Assembly: GCF_009914755.1 (NCBI RefSeq)
Contig: NC_060943.1
Source of the DNA: the human T2T-CHM13v2.0 reference genome, Homo sapiens
DNA length: 64,000 nucleotides
Direction: 5' to 3' (one strand)
This document shows, piece by piece, positions 46,580 to 58,033 of the stretch. Each line of letters begins with the position of its first letter. Within the stretch, counting starts at the first letter, position 1. The position numbers and the translations under genes were made by a program. The notes beneath the pieces were generated by a model. It saw nothing but the letters and a program-made list of their open reading frames with translations, was not told where the DNA came from and ran no database searches.

Positions 46580-47144
46580 GGAGAGAGAATGAGAAAAATT
46601 CACAAAACATCAAAAACCTGGAGAATTTCCAACACCCAGTTTCAGAGATGTAGACTCTCGAGTGCATAGATGGGGCTGCATCCTGGAAGGAGCTAGGTTC
46701 CTCAGCATCCTGCCTCCAGGAGGAGGCTCCTGAGAAGGAAAGGCCTGGCCTAGGAGCTTAGGCACCCCAGCTTCCCATGCACTTGATCAGTATCACCTCT
46801 TCTCCTTGCTAGAGCTCTTTTGATAAGTACATGTCATCAGGACTTTGAGTAGCTTAGAGCTGCCAGGCCTTGTGTCTGCAAGTACTGATGATGTATCACA
46901 GGCTGTAGCCTGTCTTTCTACAGCCTGATAGACACCCCCATGGAAATATGGGAGCCCAGCCTCCTCTCTTCAAGGCTCCTCCACGGTCTGAATCAGAAGT
47001 GTGCATCAGAATAACTTGGGAGCTGTTTTGGGTCTTACTACCCTCGCAGGTCCGTCCCTTCCACTTCTCAGTGCATTGCTGCTGTGTTGCTCTAATTCAC
47101 CTTCAAACCACTCACCCCAGGGAGGCTTCAGCCACCCCCAAACC

Positions 47145-47154
47145 ATGACGTCAT
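47145..47154. promoter_or_regulatory. Palindromic CRE/ATF motif
   Basis: ATGACGTCAT with intact CpG; motif only. Confidence 0.3.
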
Positions 47155-47704
47155 TGATGCCACCATCGTATTCAGGACAGCTGTTCATTCCCTCACTGTG
47201 GTATGGGTAGGAAAATGATGCCCCCACCTGTGTTAGCCTCACTTCAAGAGGCCCGGTAACAGGATGGATCCCACAGGATTACTCCCTCTGCTTAGAACAT
47301 GTCCCGCTTTCTCCCCAAGAGGGGCACACATGCTGCAGCAGGGCAGGTCAGGAGGGGCTTGGAGCCTCACTCCTGGTACTGAATCCAACTTTTTCTCCCA
47401 GGCCCTCTTCCTAGGGTGCTTCTTTCCCAGGGCCTCTGCTTCCTGGGTTCTTGGCTTGGCTTCCACTGGGCCTCTCTCAATATGCCTGCCCCAAACTGAA
47501 CGTCCATCCCTGACATCAAGTTTCCATGTTAATGGAGTATTTACAGAGGAAGTGAAAAGAGCCCCAGGACTCCCATGCCCCCATCCACCTTAGTCAGGCT
47601 CAGCCAGGACACCTGGTTATGTCCTCAGGTACCTGTCTCTTCACCCAACAGTGAGCCTCTGGGAGATGAGGAACACAGATTCAGGGGCCCAGCAGCATTG
47701 TTTT

Positions 47705-47830
47705 CTAAATCGCCCTTGTTCTCCCTCTGCATTTTACTCACTGGGTGACCTTGAGTGAAGGCCTTCCTCTCTCTTTGCTTCCATCCTCACGTCTGTAAGA
47801 TGGCAATGCAGCTGTTACATAGAGGTGCCA
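47705..47830 (+). mobile_element. MIR fragment
   Basis: TTACTCACTGGGTGACCTTGAG...TCTGTAAGATGG. Confidence 0.6.
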
Positions 47831-48544
47831 ACAAGGCACCCTTGAAACTCTGAGAGCTAAATTACAAAACTAAGGCATAATAGATTGAGGTTGGATGGAG
47901 TCAAGGACATCTAAAGGACAGGCTGCCTTCCAGAGCCCGAGCAAGAGAAGCCATGAGCTCAGCTGGAGCCTAAGGGACAGAGCCATTAACAAACCTAAAG
48001 ACCATGTCAAAGGTGGGGGTGGGAGCAGCCCTGAGGCACTCTTTGGGCCCTTCCCCAGGTCTGTCCCAGGGGGAGAGGGGTGGGATGTGCCTACATGGTG
48101 GAGCCTGATCCCGTGAAATTTTGAAGTCCCTCTAATTCCTCTCGCACTGACTTTATCCCTGCAAATAGACTTCCGATTTCTTTTTCTCCTTTTGGTTTTT
48201 GTGGATGAACTAATGCTTTGTAAGCACTTTGAAAACTAGAAATCATTACACAAAGTTAAGAACTCACTATTTTAACATGGAGGATGGAGCCTGACATCAG
48301 GCCTTTAGGGCACGTTCACCATGCCAAGAAGAGAAAACTACCAACTTGTAAAACAGCAGAAGCATTTGCTACCAGCTGGCATGTAAAGTCCCCTGAAAAC
48401 TGAACAATAGAGATATTTTCAAGAAAAGACAAATGATCCCAGTCTTGGGATCCTGACAGCTGCGTTGTCATTGTGGTTTGAGGGCTTCTTGAGCATTGCT
48501 ACACCCCAAAGATGCCTTGGGACAGTGGTGCTCATCTTTTTGGA

Positions 48545-49400
48545 AGGCTATTTTACTTAGAGCACTGCTAGCTGTTTAACAAAAAAACCCGGAAATGTCC
48601 GTGGCTTACCACAACAGGAGCTCGCTTCTAGCAGGGTGCTACTGTGGCTGTTGTGGGTGAGCAAGCCGCATTCCTCATGTGGAGGTTCAGTGACCGTCTC
48701 CTTCCATCTGTGGCTGTACCACCCCTAAGGCCTCAGAGGCTTCTGCAGTCAATCAGCCAAAAGAGAAAGATACAGTGTAGGGGGCGCGCCTGCTCCCTAA
48801 AAGCAGTCGGGATGTGACCCATCTTACCGAGGTAGGACATCAGCACTTGTTTCTCAGTCCCAATGAGATGAAGTGAAGAAACCAGCAGAGACCAGCAGAT
48901 GGCAAGGAAAGGGACCCCTGGCTGCCCTCACTGTGCATTAGCACGAGAGCACAAGGCACTCCCACAACTGCCATGACAATTTATAAATGCATGGTGATAA
49001 CCAGGAAGCTACTGCCCCTTTCTATGGCAGCGACCTGGAAATTGCCACCCATTTCCTAGAAAGTTCTAAATAACCCACCCCTCAATTTGCATGGAATTAA
49101 AGTGGACATAAGAAAGTGTAAATACCATTGCCTGTGGACTCTGGGCGCACTGCCTATGAATTATCCCTGACCCACAAGGAACAGTACTGTTCAATGAAAA
49201 ATTGCCATCTCACACCACTGGCTCGCCCTTGAGTTTTTTCCTGGGCAAAGCCAAGAACACTGCCAGGCTAAGCCTCAATTCTGGGGCTCACCTGTCCACC
49301 TACATCATTACTCTGCTCATGCAGCACTGCCAAAAAACTTTTCACATGGCCACATCTGGAGGTAAAGGGAAACATATCCCTGGCCAGCCAGCTTCACACC
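48545..49400 (-). mobile_element. MLT1-type LTR, split by MER66
   Basis: CTCCTTCCATCTGTGGCT...TCTGCTCAT...TCACATGGCCAC. Confidence 0.6.
48828..49307 (+). mobile_element. MER66-type ERV1 solo LTR
   Basis: GAGGTAGGA start; CCACTGGCTCGCCCTTGAG...GCCAAGAAC...CATCA end; exact TSD TTAC. Confidence 0.8.
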
Positions 49401-50591
49401 ACAGAAGGAGGCACAGGCTTTGGGGTATGGCTAGCTGACACTGCCACGGGTCATAATCCCCCTTCAAAAACAGATGAAAACCGAGAGCTGTCTTCCCATG
49501 GAAGGAGAAAAAGACATGGCTCCCTAAGGGACCCATTCATTCATCAACATTCCATTGATTAAATCTGCTACTGAAGGTTTTTGAGCAGAGTAAACACATT
49601 CATATATTATATTCATATTCCTCCCCCCTCTGTCTCTCTGTCTCCCCACCTCTTCCCCTAAAGAGAGAAAAATGAATTTTAAAAATAGAAAGAAAGGAGG
49701 GACAATTCAGAAACAAGATATTTCAACCAATATTTCTGGAACACCAAGTAGAGGGAAAAGTATTTACTGATGTAGAAAGAAGAAAGTTGGTCCCAAGAAC
49801 TGTGGAAGAGAGGTCAGCTCCTTAAAACAACAGAATGCTTTTTAAAATAAGAAATCAGCCAACAAGGGAGATTAAACATGTAATTACTGAAATTAAAAAT
49901 AGAATTACTGAAATTACAGTGCAAAAGAAAGTTTTGAGGGTAGGATTGAGTAGAATGACAACAATTTGGAAAATAAAAACAATATGAAAAGTAGAAAAAA
50001 AAAAAGAATACTGCCAGTTGATACTGTAAGCTCCTGGAGTCACCCCACCGCAAGGGCACTGGTGACTAGTGAGGGGTGCATGTCCTCAGCACTGCCATGC
50101 AAGCCCAGGAGCTATTAGAGATTGTACTGAAGTATTGGAGTCACTAGTGGAAATTGGAGCATCTGGAAAAATGGGGGAGGGATTTTTAAAACTGTATTTT
50201 AAATATGACTTTTCCTTTGTCTAAATTAAAGTATTCAAGTAGCTAAAACTCTGGGGCAGGGAGGGTGATCCCCTGGTTTGTGACCTCACTCCCCTGCCTT
50301 AAGCTCTCTGAGAAAGCGCATGCTGGTTCTGGTCTCAGGAGGATGTATAGCCATGAGCTTGGGGGCACCCCACCTTTTATCCACTCTGTGAATTTCTCTT
50401 CCTCTCCCAAGTAGTACATTTCCCCAAGTGGGAGTCAGTCCATCTAGAATAATGCAGTAGGAAGTCTGTGGTTGTGAGTCCACTGTAATCCCCAGGTTAC
50501 ATGCAGAGATGCCCCAAATCCAATCACCTTTAAAGTAGTGTGAGGTTCAAATACACTCTATGTTACAATTAGCCAGCAGGTGAATTTTTAA

Positions 50592-50622
50592 ACACACACA
50601 CACATACACACACACACACACA
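50592..50622. repeat. (CA)n microsatellite
   Basis: Direct reading. Confidence 0.95.
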
Positions 50623-50682
50623 GCAAACGTTAAGATACACATCCAAAGAGAAAACTTGAAATCTCAGAGAGAGCACAGGCTC

Positions 50683-51473
50683 TGGGACTGCAAAATCAAA
50701 TGACTTTTAAGGACCGAGTCCAGGCAGTTAAGCCAGTCACTGTGTGCAGTGGGCAGAGTGGAAACTGGCAGGGCTCATGCCCTCCTCCATCATGTAGAGG
50801 AACAGCTGTTATTTCACCCCACTGCACAGCTGCTGTGTGTAAGTTGAACTAGGTTTGTCAGATCATATGACTTTCTGGGAAAGGATAGGAATCTAGATTT
50901 TTTTTTTAAATTGGTCAAAGTATTCCCTCCATTAGTCTTACTTCTTTATAAGGCCATAAAAAGAGATGTCCCTCTATGTGAGGGTCTGAATTTTTTTTTA
51001 TTATACTATAAGTTCTAGGGTACATGTGCACAACGTGCAGGTTTGTTACATAGGTATACATGTGCCATGTTGGTGTGCTGTACCCATTAACTTGTCATTT
51101 ACATTAGGTATTTCTCCTAATGCTATTCCTCCCCCAGCCCCCGCCCCGACCCTACAACAGGCCCTGGTGTGTGATGTTCCCCACCCTGTGTCCAAGTGTT
51201 CTCATTGTTCAATTCTCACCTATAAGTGAGAACATGTGTTTGGTTTTCTGTCCTTGTGGTAGTTTGCTCAGAATGATGGTTTTTAGCTTCATCCATGTCC
51301 CTGCAAAGGATATGAATTCATCCTTTTTATGGCTGCATAGTATTCCATGGTGTATATGTGCCAGATTTTCTTAATCCAATCTAGATTTTTATATAAAATC
51401 TTCAAATATTTGAACTTGTTAAATTCAAACAAAACAGTTTGGCCTACATGTGGATGCCTGTTTACTGTTTCTG
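50683..51473 (+). mobile_element. MER102 (hAT), split by the L1 plus transduction insertion
   Basis: GCAAAATCAAATG...GTGGAAACTGG...AATCTAGATTTTTATATAAAATCT...CAAACAAAACA. Confidence 0.7.
50903..51377 (-). mobile_element. 5'-truncated L1PA6/7-type 3' end (50991-51377) with an 83-bp 3'-transduced segment (50908-50990)
   Basis: Two poly(T) tracts; 13-bp TSD AATCTAGATTTTT (50890-50902, 51378-51390) encloses both parts. Confidence 0.88.
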
Positions 51474-52437
51474 GTTTGAATTCATTGTTTTAAAAAGAGA
51501 CAATGTGTGAAGCCTTCCCTGCCTTGGACAGTGGAGTGGGCTCCTTTGTCAACAATGTTTAGTAGCCTTGCTGCTTTCCTGAGTCACTGCGCCCTTCCAT
51601 GTGGCACACAGGGGCCGGATTAAACAGTTGGGGGTGGCACAAGGATGTGTCTTTCCGCGGGTCATTTTTTGAAGTAAAATAAAAGACACAGATATATACA
51701 TCAGACACACAAGCGCAGCACAGCACAAGATGGAAAATGATTCATTCTGTTCTGCAGGTGCTACAGGAATTTGAAGAAGAGAGGTCAGTTCGGACCAGAG
51801 ACTTTCAGGCTTCCTGGAAGAGGTGGGGTAGAACTCCATGTCACCCCATGAAATGTGGGCCGGCTTTCAGGACAAGTTCCTGCCCTGGAAATAAAAAGAA
51901 GTGGGGTGTGGGACTGCAAAGAACCTCAAGGGTCTACGCAGTGAAATGTTAATTATAATGCTCATTCATTTATCTCTGGGTCTATAAAAGGAATAAAGTG
52001 GAAAAGAAGTTGGACAGGAGCCTCCACACTAGCCAAGGACATGGACAAGGAGAGAGAAAAACACAGTTTAAATTCATGGTGTTCAGCAGAGAAAGGAGAT
52101 CTTGTAAGCAAATGTTAATTAAGTACAATTTGAAAATGAGTTTATAGCATCAGTGCCACACTGCGGTAGTTCCAATTAATCTCCAACATTCCTTTCATGA
52201 TCCATGAATGTCTACCTCTTTACCTGTGATGGAAGAGTATAGCTTGAATGGTCATTATGGTTCAAATTAAAATAACTCATCTCTAGCATATGAGATATAT
52301 GAGTCACCCATTTTCACAACTTAATTTATACTTGATTCTCAACAACAAAAAACAAATAAAGATGTGATTTAGCTCTGCTCTAAACCCAGACTCCAGTCCC
52401 TATCTCCTCCAAATCATCTATCTTGCTGTAATCAACA

Positions 52438-52597
52438 TTTTTATTTCATTTTATTTTATTTTTATTTTTATTTTTTGTAGAGATGGAGTCTTACTATATT
52501 GCTCAGGCTGGTCTTGAACTCCTGGCTTCAAGTGATCCTCTCACCTCAGCCTCCCCAAATGCTAAAATTACAGGCATGAGCACCACTGCACCTGGCC
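52438..52597 (-). mobile_element. FLAM-type Alu monomer within an L2 fragment
   Basis: Single left arm with (TTTTA)n tail. Confidence 0.85.
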
Positions 52598-53184
52598 CTG
52601 AATTTTCTTTTTAAATCACAAATCAAATCATGTCACTGCCCTACTTAGCATCCTTCAAAACTGACCCATAGACACTGAAGCTTTGGTTTAGCACAAGGTG
52701 GGGCCCTGTCTGAACCAGAAGCATGCACGTTTGAGGAGGAAGTGGTAGCTGACTATAACATTTAATATGTCTCACTACTGTAGTTTTTGACGTGCTTTTT
52801 TCACTCCAACCCAACAGAAAATGACACACCCATATTATGGGTGAAAAACAATTGCTGTGCTAGCTAGCCATTATTAATAATGAGCATGTATAAGAGCCTT
52901 CTGGCAAATTTGGGGTAGGAGAAACACTTGAGAACAGAGAGATGAGTGATTAAGACAGATAAAGTCCTAGTTCCAAAGATTGGCACATGATGACCTGCTC
53001 TGATATTTTCCAGAGTGTGCATGAAATATGGTGTTAGAGGCTAATAGACCCAGCATTAAATCACACTAAATTGTAGAGAAAAAATATTTTTAGCTTTTAA
53101 GATTTATTTTGTCCTATTTTATTTTACAAATTAAAAAGAGAAAGTTTCCATTTGGGCAAACATATCGTTAGCAGTATTTTAGCC

Positions 53185-53665
53185 GAAGCATTTTGACTGC
53201 TGTTTAAAAAAAAAATCCTAAAATCTCAGTGAATTTACACAATCCAAAGTCATTTTTTATTCAGTGAGTACGATTATGGGGCAGCCTTTCACACAGTGAC
53301 TCATGATCCAGTTTCCCAGACTCCCTTGCTGTGGGCTGTGGTTATGTGACTGAGTTCTATCCAACGGAATGAGACAGAAGTGATTGAGTGCCTCCCACAC
53401 GGTGACCCAAGGACCACATTTTCTGCCATCCTGTGGCTCTGCCATCTGCTAGGGTCTCAGAGATTTTTATCTGGCTCGTTTTTATTCAACTAACAGAGAA
53501 GGAGAAGAGAGGGAATGTGAAGGCAGCATGGAAGTTTATTATGAAAGTCCTTGAAGAGGTACTCATCACTTCTGTCTCATTTCATTGGCTAGAGCTCAGT
53601 CACATGATCACAGCCCACTGCAAAGAATTCTGGGAAATGCAGTCATGCTGCATGCCCAGAAAGAA
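53185..53665 (-). mobile_element. MLT1-type LTR with an internal inverted insertion
   Basis: AAATCTCAGTG...CATCACTTCTG...CATTGGCTAGAGCTCAGTCACATG...CTGGGAAATGCAGTC. Confidence 0.75.
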
Positions 53666-54419
53666 GGCTTTGAGTAATCTCCTGGAGATGCTCCATAATA
53701 TGGCAGGCACTAAGACTTCAGGCGTGGAGCCTTCCCAAGTAGTGCCATTTTCACTAGAGTTTAATAACATTGTTTTGTTTTCATTCTACTTATTTTATGT
53801 TTTCCATTTTTAGCAATTGAAACTGGTTTTTCTTCTATGGCAGAAATATAAAATTTTCTTACAAAATGAATTTAAATTAAGAAAAGCGAATCTATTTAAG
53901 AAAAAAATGAATAAATAAATAAAAGTAGAATACAGAAATCACAAAATCTACTATGGAAACACATCAATGAACACTTCATTATTTGATCTACTTTTGAATT
54001 AGTTTTTCAGTCTAATTTTCAGAGACTCTGCTTCTGCCCACAACTTCTCACAGTAAGTCAACTTGCAAGCTATCCTCTCATTGAGCTCTGGCTGGCCATG
54101 AATGAGGAGACCAATTTTCTACTACCAAAATTAAAAACAGTGACCTTTTCCCAATTCTCAGGAGCAAACTATTTATGTAATAAACCAAATATTCTCCTAC
54201 TTTTAATTTCCCTTTATTAATTTAAAAAAATGCTTTGGCACTTAGCTGCTGGATCTAACATGAGGCTTAGAATGATATCATATATTGACTTATTTGAAAT
54301 TACATTTAATATATCTCAAGTTCATTATATTCTACAACAACAGCAAAAAAAGAGCAAGGCATCCAGGTGAGCTGTGTTCCAAACAAGTTACAGAATTATG
54401 CCACAGCATTTGCTGATTT

Positions 54420-55060
54420 CATCCGCATGTCTCCCTGTCCCTGCTCCCCCTCCCAAACCCGTTCATGTCTTTCTCCTACCTCCATAAGGTCACTCAAATA
54501 TGTCTACCTCCCCTTACCGTCCACCACCACTACTGCCTACCATCTTGTAATCCTCAATCTCCTCCTCATTCCTACTGTTTTCAGACCCATCCTCCACCCC
54601 TGCGGCCTTTGTGACCTCTCTAAAATCAAAATCTCATCATGCTCTTTCTTGCTTAAAACTTTTAAATGTTGCTCCATTTGTCCACAGAATAAACATCACA
54701 CTTCTGACCTTGACCCATCTGGCCCATGAGGACTTTTTTCTGCTGACATGGCCAGCCTCACCTCCTCTCAGCTTCCCAGCATCCCCACCGTGCGGGGCCC
54801 CAGCCCAAGATTCTCTCTCTACTTAACAAATTACTCCTTTCCTTTCCTGCTGCCAAAGAGCTCACTTTCGCCTGATAAGGCCAGGTGAGGGCTTCTCTTA
54901 TGAGCTCCCACAGCACACTGTGCTTATCATTTTTATATCAGACATTGTAAACCAGGCTTATTTTGAGCTCCAAGAGGATGCTGATTATGTTTTTTTTTTA
55001 TTTTTATATCCCCAGTGTTAAATTGAACTACTTATAGTAGACACTCAAGTATATGTAAGA
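54420..55060 (+). mobile_element. L2 3' region
   Basis: CTAAAATCAAAATCTCATCATG...CTGCTTAAAACT...ATATCCCCAGTG...ATAGTAGACACTCAA. Confidence 0.65.
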
Positions 55061-55094
55061 AGGTTTCTGTTTTGTTTTGTTTTTGTCTGTCCAG

Positions 55095-55350
55095 AAACTC
55101 TCCTGACATCTGTTTCAAGCACCTCTTGTTTGGGAGAATTGCTCCTTTCCCCTCCAACTGAGGTCTTCAGAGGCTCCTATATGTAGTCTCTGGCCAATCC
55201 AAGTCAAGCCAATCACTGTTCTTCCTGGGGATTTTTCAAACTGAAATTCAGGAAAAAGTACTGGTCCTATGATGGTAACAAAGCTGAGAAATGTGAGTGG
55301 GCCAAGGGCAGAGCAAGGCATGCAGAAAAGTCATGTATCAATGCAGAAGA
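55095..55350 (+). mobile_element. MLT1K-like fragment
   Basis: GCCAATCA...TCCTGGGGATTTTT...CTGAAA. Confidence 0.4.
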
Positions 55351-55529
55351 CGGCCAGCAGCAAAGAGATTATCAGCTCCCCTTTGTTTTAGGTATAAAAA
55401 TAAAATGTCTAGAAGTGGTTCAATCGCACTTTAACCAAATCCAAGCTACTATTAAGTGAGAAAGCAATTCAGTGCATTAAAGTAAGAATATGCGAGGTTC
55501 ACCTTTTGAATATTTCAAACTTTCTCATG

Positions 55530-55660
55530 AGCTTACCTCCCCAATGAGACATTAAATTGCTTGAGGCATAAACTGTCTTTATGTTACACAGAACTTAGTG
55601 TAAGGCTGGGCACAAAGTGGGACTTATGAAAAGAATCAGATGGAATGAATGAGTAAAGGA
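55530..55660 (+). mobile_element. L2 3' end
   Basis: GCTTGAGGCA...GGCTGGGCACAAAGTGGGAC...GAATGAATGA. Confidence 0.55.
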
Positions 55661-57687
55661 AGGCAGGCATGAATGTAATGTCTCAAGTTATATTACTCTA
55701 GAATGTTTAAGAGCTTTATAGCCATAATGCAAATGTATGCTCTGACTCGACCAGGTTGACCTACGAGATCTTGTTCTCAAACCCGAATTCCATGTCCCAT
55801 GAGATCTGGAGCTGCCACTCCAGCACTGGTACAGTGCTGCCACTCTCTTGCCCACGCATTTCTCAGCTTCCTGCAGCCATGTGCATTCTCCAATTCATCC
55901 CATATCAACTTGAGTTTCAAAACCTAGAGTCATCACAGGTTTTTAAAAGGAACAGCATCACACTAAGTATCTCATGTTTTTGTTTTTGTTTTTGTTTTTT
56001 GTAGACTTCATTGAGATTTATGGGAAAGTTCACAACACACAGTACCTCACTCCCACCCTCTCCCAGCCTCTCTTTCCCTCTCTCTTTTTCTGCCCCCACG
56101 CCCTCTGCAGAAGACAACAACAACAACAACAAAAACCTGAATTATTCCCCTTGGGTCATGCAAAACACACCTGCCCACATCCAGGCCCTCTAGGACCCCA
56201 GTCCTCTACTTTTAGAAGCTTATCAAAGTTCGTCTTCCAAATGCATCCAGCAGCCTCCCAAGAAAAAATAATGGTCAGTGGCACTTTCTTCATTACACTA
56301 TATAGTTATTCTAAAATTCCAATAGGAAGTGAGAACTTTCCAATAAAATCTTTGAGGATTTACACAGCCCGTGTGAAAATACTCATGACAGAAAGAGCAA
56401 CAGAACCCGGCGCGCAGGAACTAAAAATATTTTTAACATTAATTGCAATTAAAGCAGAACTCTAAGAGATGACAAGTTACCTAACACACATTCATCTGTG
56501 TGAAAAGAAACCTTTCAACACATAGAAGCTCCCTGATATGCTGCCTCAAAATACTCAATCAGGGAGAAATTCAGCTCCAAAGAGGTATTTTGATAGATGC
56601 TTCCAATCAGTAGACACAAGAACAGGGTGGCATGCCATGTTCGTTTTGGGGCTGCCATCCATCTGTAGGTTATCAAAACAGGCCCGCACTGATGAAGATA
56701 TCCTGAACCAAGCGGCAGAAACTGCAATCATACTGATTTTCACTCAGAATAAACAAATCAGATTTTCCCTTGGGAGCAGCCAAGAAAGTCTGTGTGGCCA
56801 GCTTGAAAATAATATGTTGCTGTCAGCCCAGCATCCATTAGCAGCCGCTTTCTTCTGGTAAAAACAAACAAACAAAAAAAGCAGTGCTGTTGTGTTGTTG
56901 GAAAATGGTTATCTGGTGCCCCCTGGTTCTGACACTACTGAATTTCCAAGGAGAGTACTGAATCATTGAGTTTCAAATTTCCCAGTTCTTTGTCTTAAAG
57001 AGCTATTTGGCCCATAGGCCCAGTTGGGGGCACAGGTGAGCAGAAGCTGAGGCTACCCAATGGGACAAGGCAGACATTGGGGAGCAGTCAATTCCCAAGC
57101 CACCCATAGAGCTACAGGTAAATTGCTGTCCTCACCTGGAGAATGAGTGCTTGCCTCAGCCTTGAGAAGAAGCTGTCATTACACACAGAATGGAACTAAT
57201 GAAACTTTCTATTCTGAGCTCCCCAAATCTTCCTTAGCATGGGAATTTTTCTGCAGGTGCAGTGTCTGATGCAGAGACACTCCTCTCCCCAGGTGTCAAA
57301 AGAATCCTTTGTGCTTCAAGATGCAGGGAGTGATTGATGAGAAGCCCGTGCACAGAAAAGAAATCACTCAACTCTTTCAACAGAAATTATTATCTGCTGA
57401 GTGCCAAAGATGACAGCAGGCTTTATGAAATTATGGAGCATATATATATAAAATGCATGTATGTGTGTATATATATGTATACAGACATACATACACACAG
57501 AAGTATTGGATACCTTGATATGTGTACCAAGCACTTAAATGCATTGTGTGTAAGCTCCGTGGTGCTTACAGTTTATCAAGTGGATTTATAAAATTATGAA
57601 TTAAGACAATGCACAATATCTGCCTAAAGAAAGTTCCAAACATGTGGTTCCAGAGGTTCAGGGGACAGAGGAAAAAAACATAAAGGA

Positions 57688-57718
57688 GAAACCAGACACC
57701 CACGGCAGAGAGAGGCTT
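57688..57718 (+). repeat. 31-bp direct repeat, copy 1 (copy 2 at 58708-58738)
   Basis: GAAACCAGACACCCACGGCAGAG(A/G)GAGGCTT, 30/31 identical. Confidence 0.95.
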
Positions 57719-57757
57719 TCCTCTCTTACGTCAGAGATGGCATCAAAATGTATTTCA

Positions 57758-58033
57758 GGCCCAGGGCATTGGCTCATGCCTGTAATCCCAGCAGTTAGAG
57801 AGGCCAAGGTGGGAGGATCACTTGAGGCCAGAATTTGAGACCAGCCTGGGCAACATAGAAAGATCCCAGTCTCTACAAAAAAAAAAAAAAATTAAAAATC
57901 AGCCAGGTTTTGTGGTAGGCACCTGTAGTCCCAGCTACTTGGGAGGCTGAGGTGGGAGGATCACTTGAGTCCAGGGGTTCCAGGCTGCAATGAGCTGTGT
58001 CAACAGGGCAGGACCTTGTCTCTCAAAAAAGAA
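57758..58033 (+). mobile_element. AluJ with a right-arm deletion
   Basis: Dimeric Alu; GAGGTGGGAGGATCACTTGAG right arm. Confidence 0.9.

Noticed and set aside
48774-48790. CTCF-like TAGGGGGCGC in MLT1
   Set aside because: The 5' part of the motif mismatches; too weak alone.
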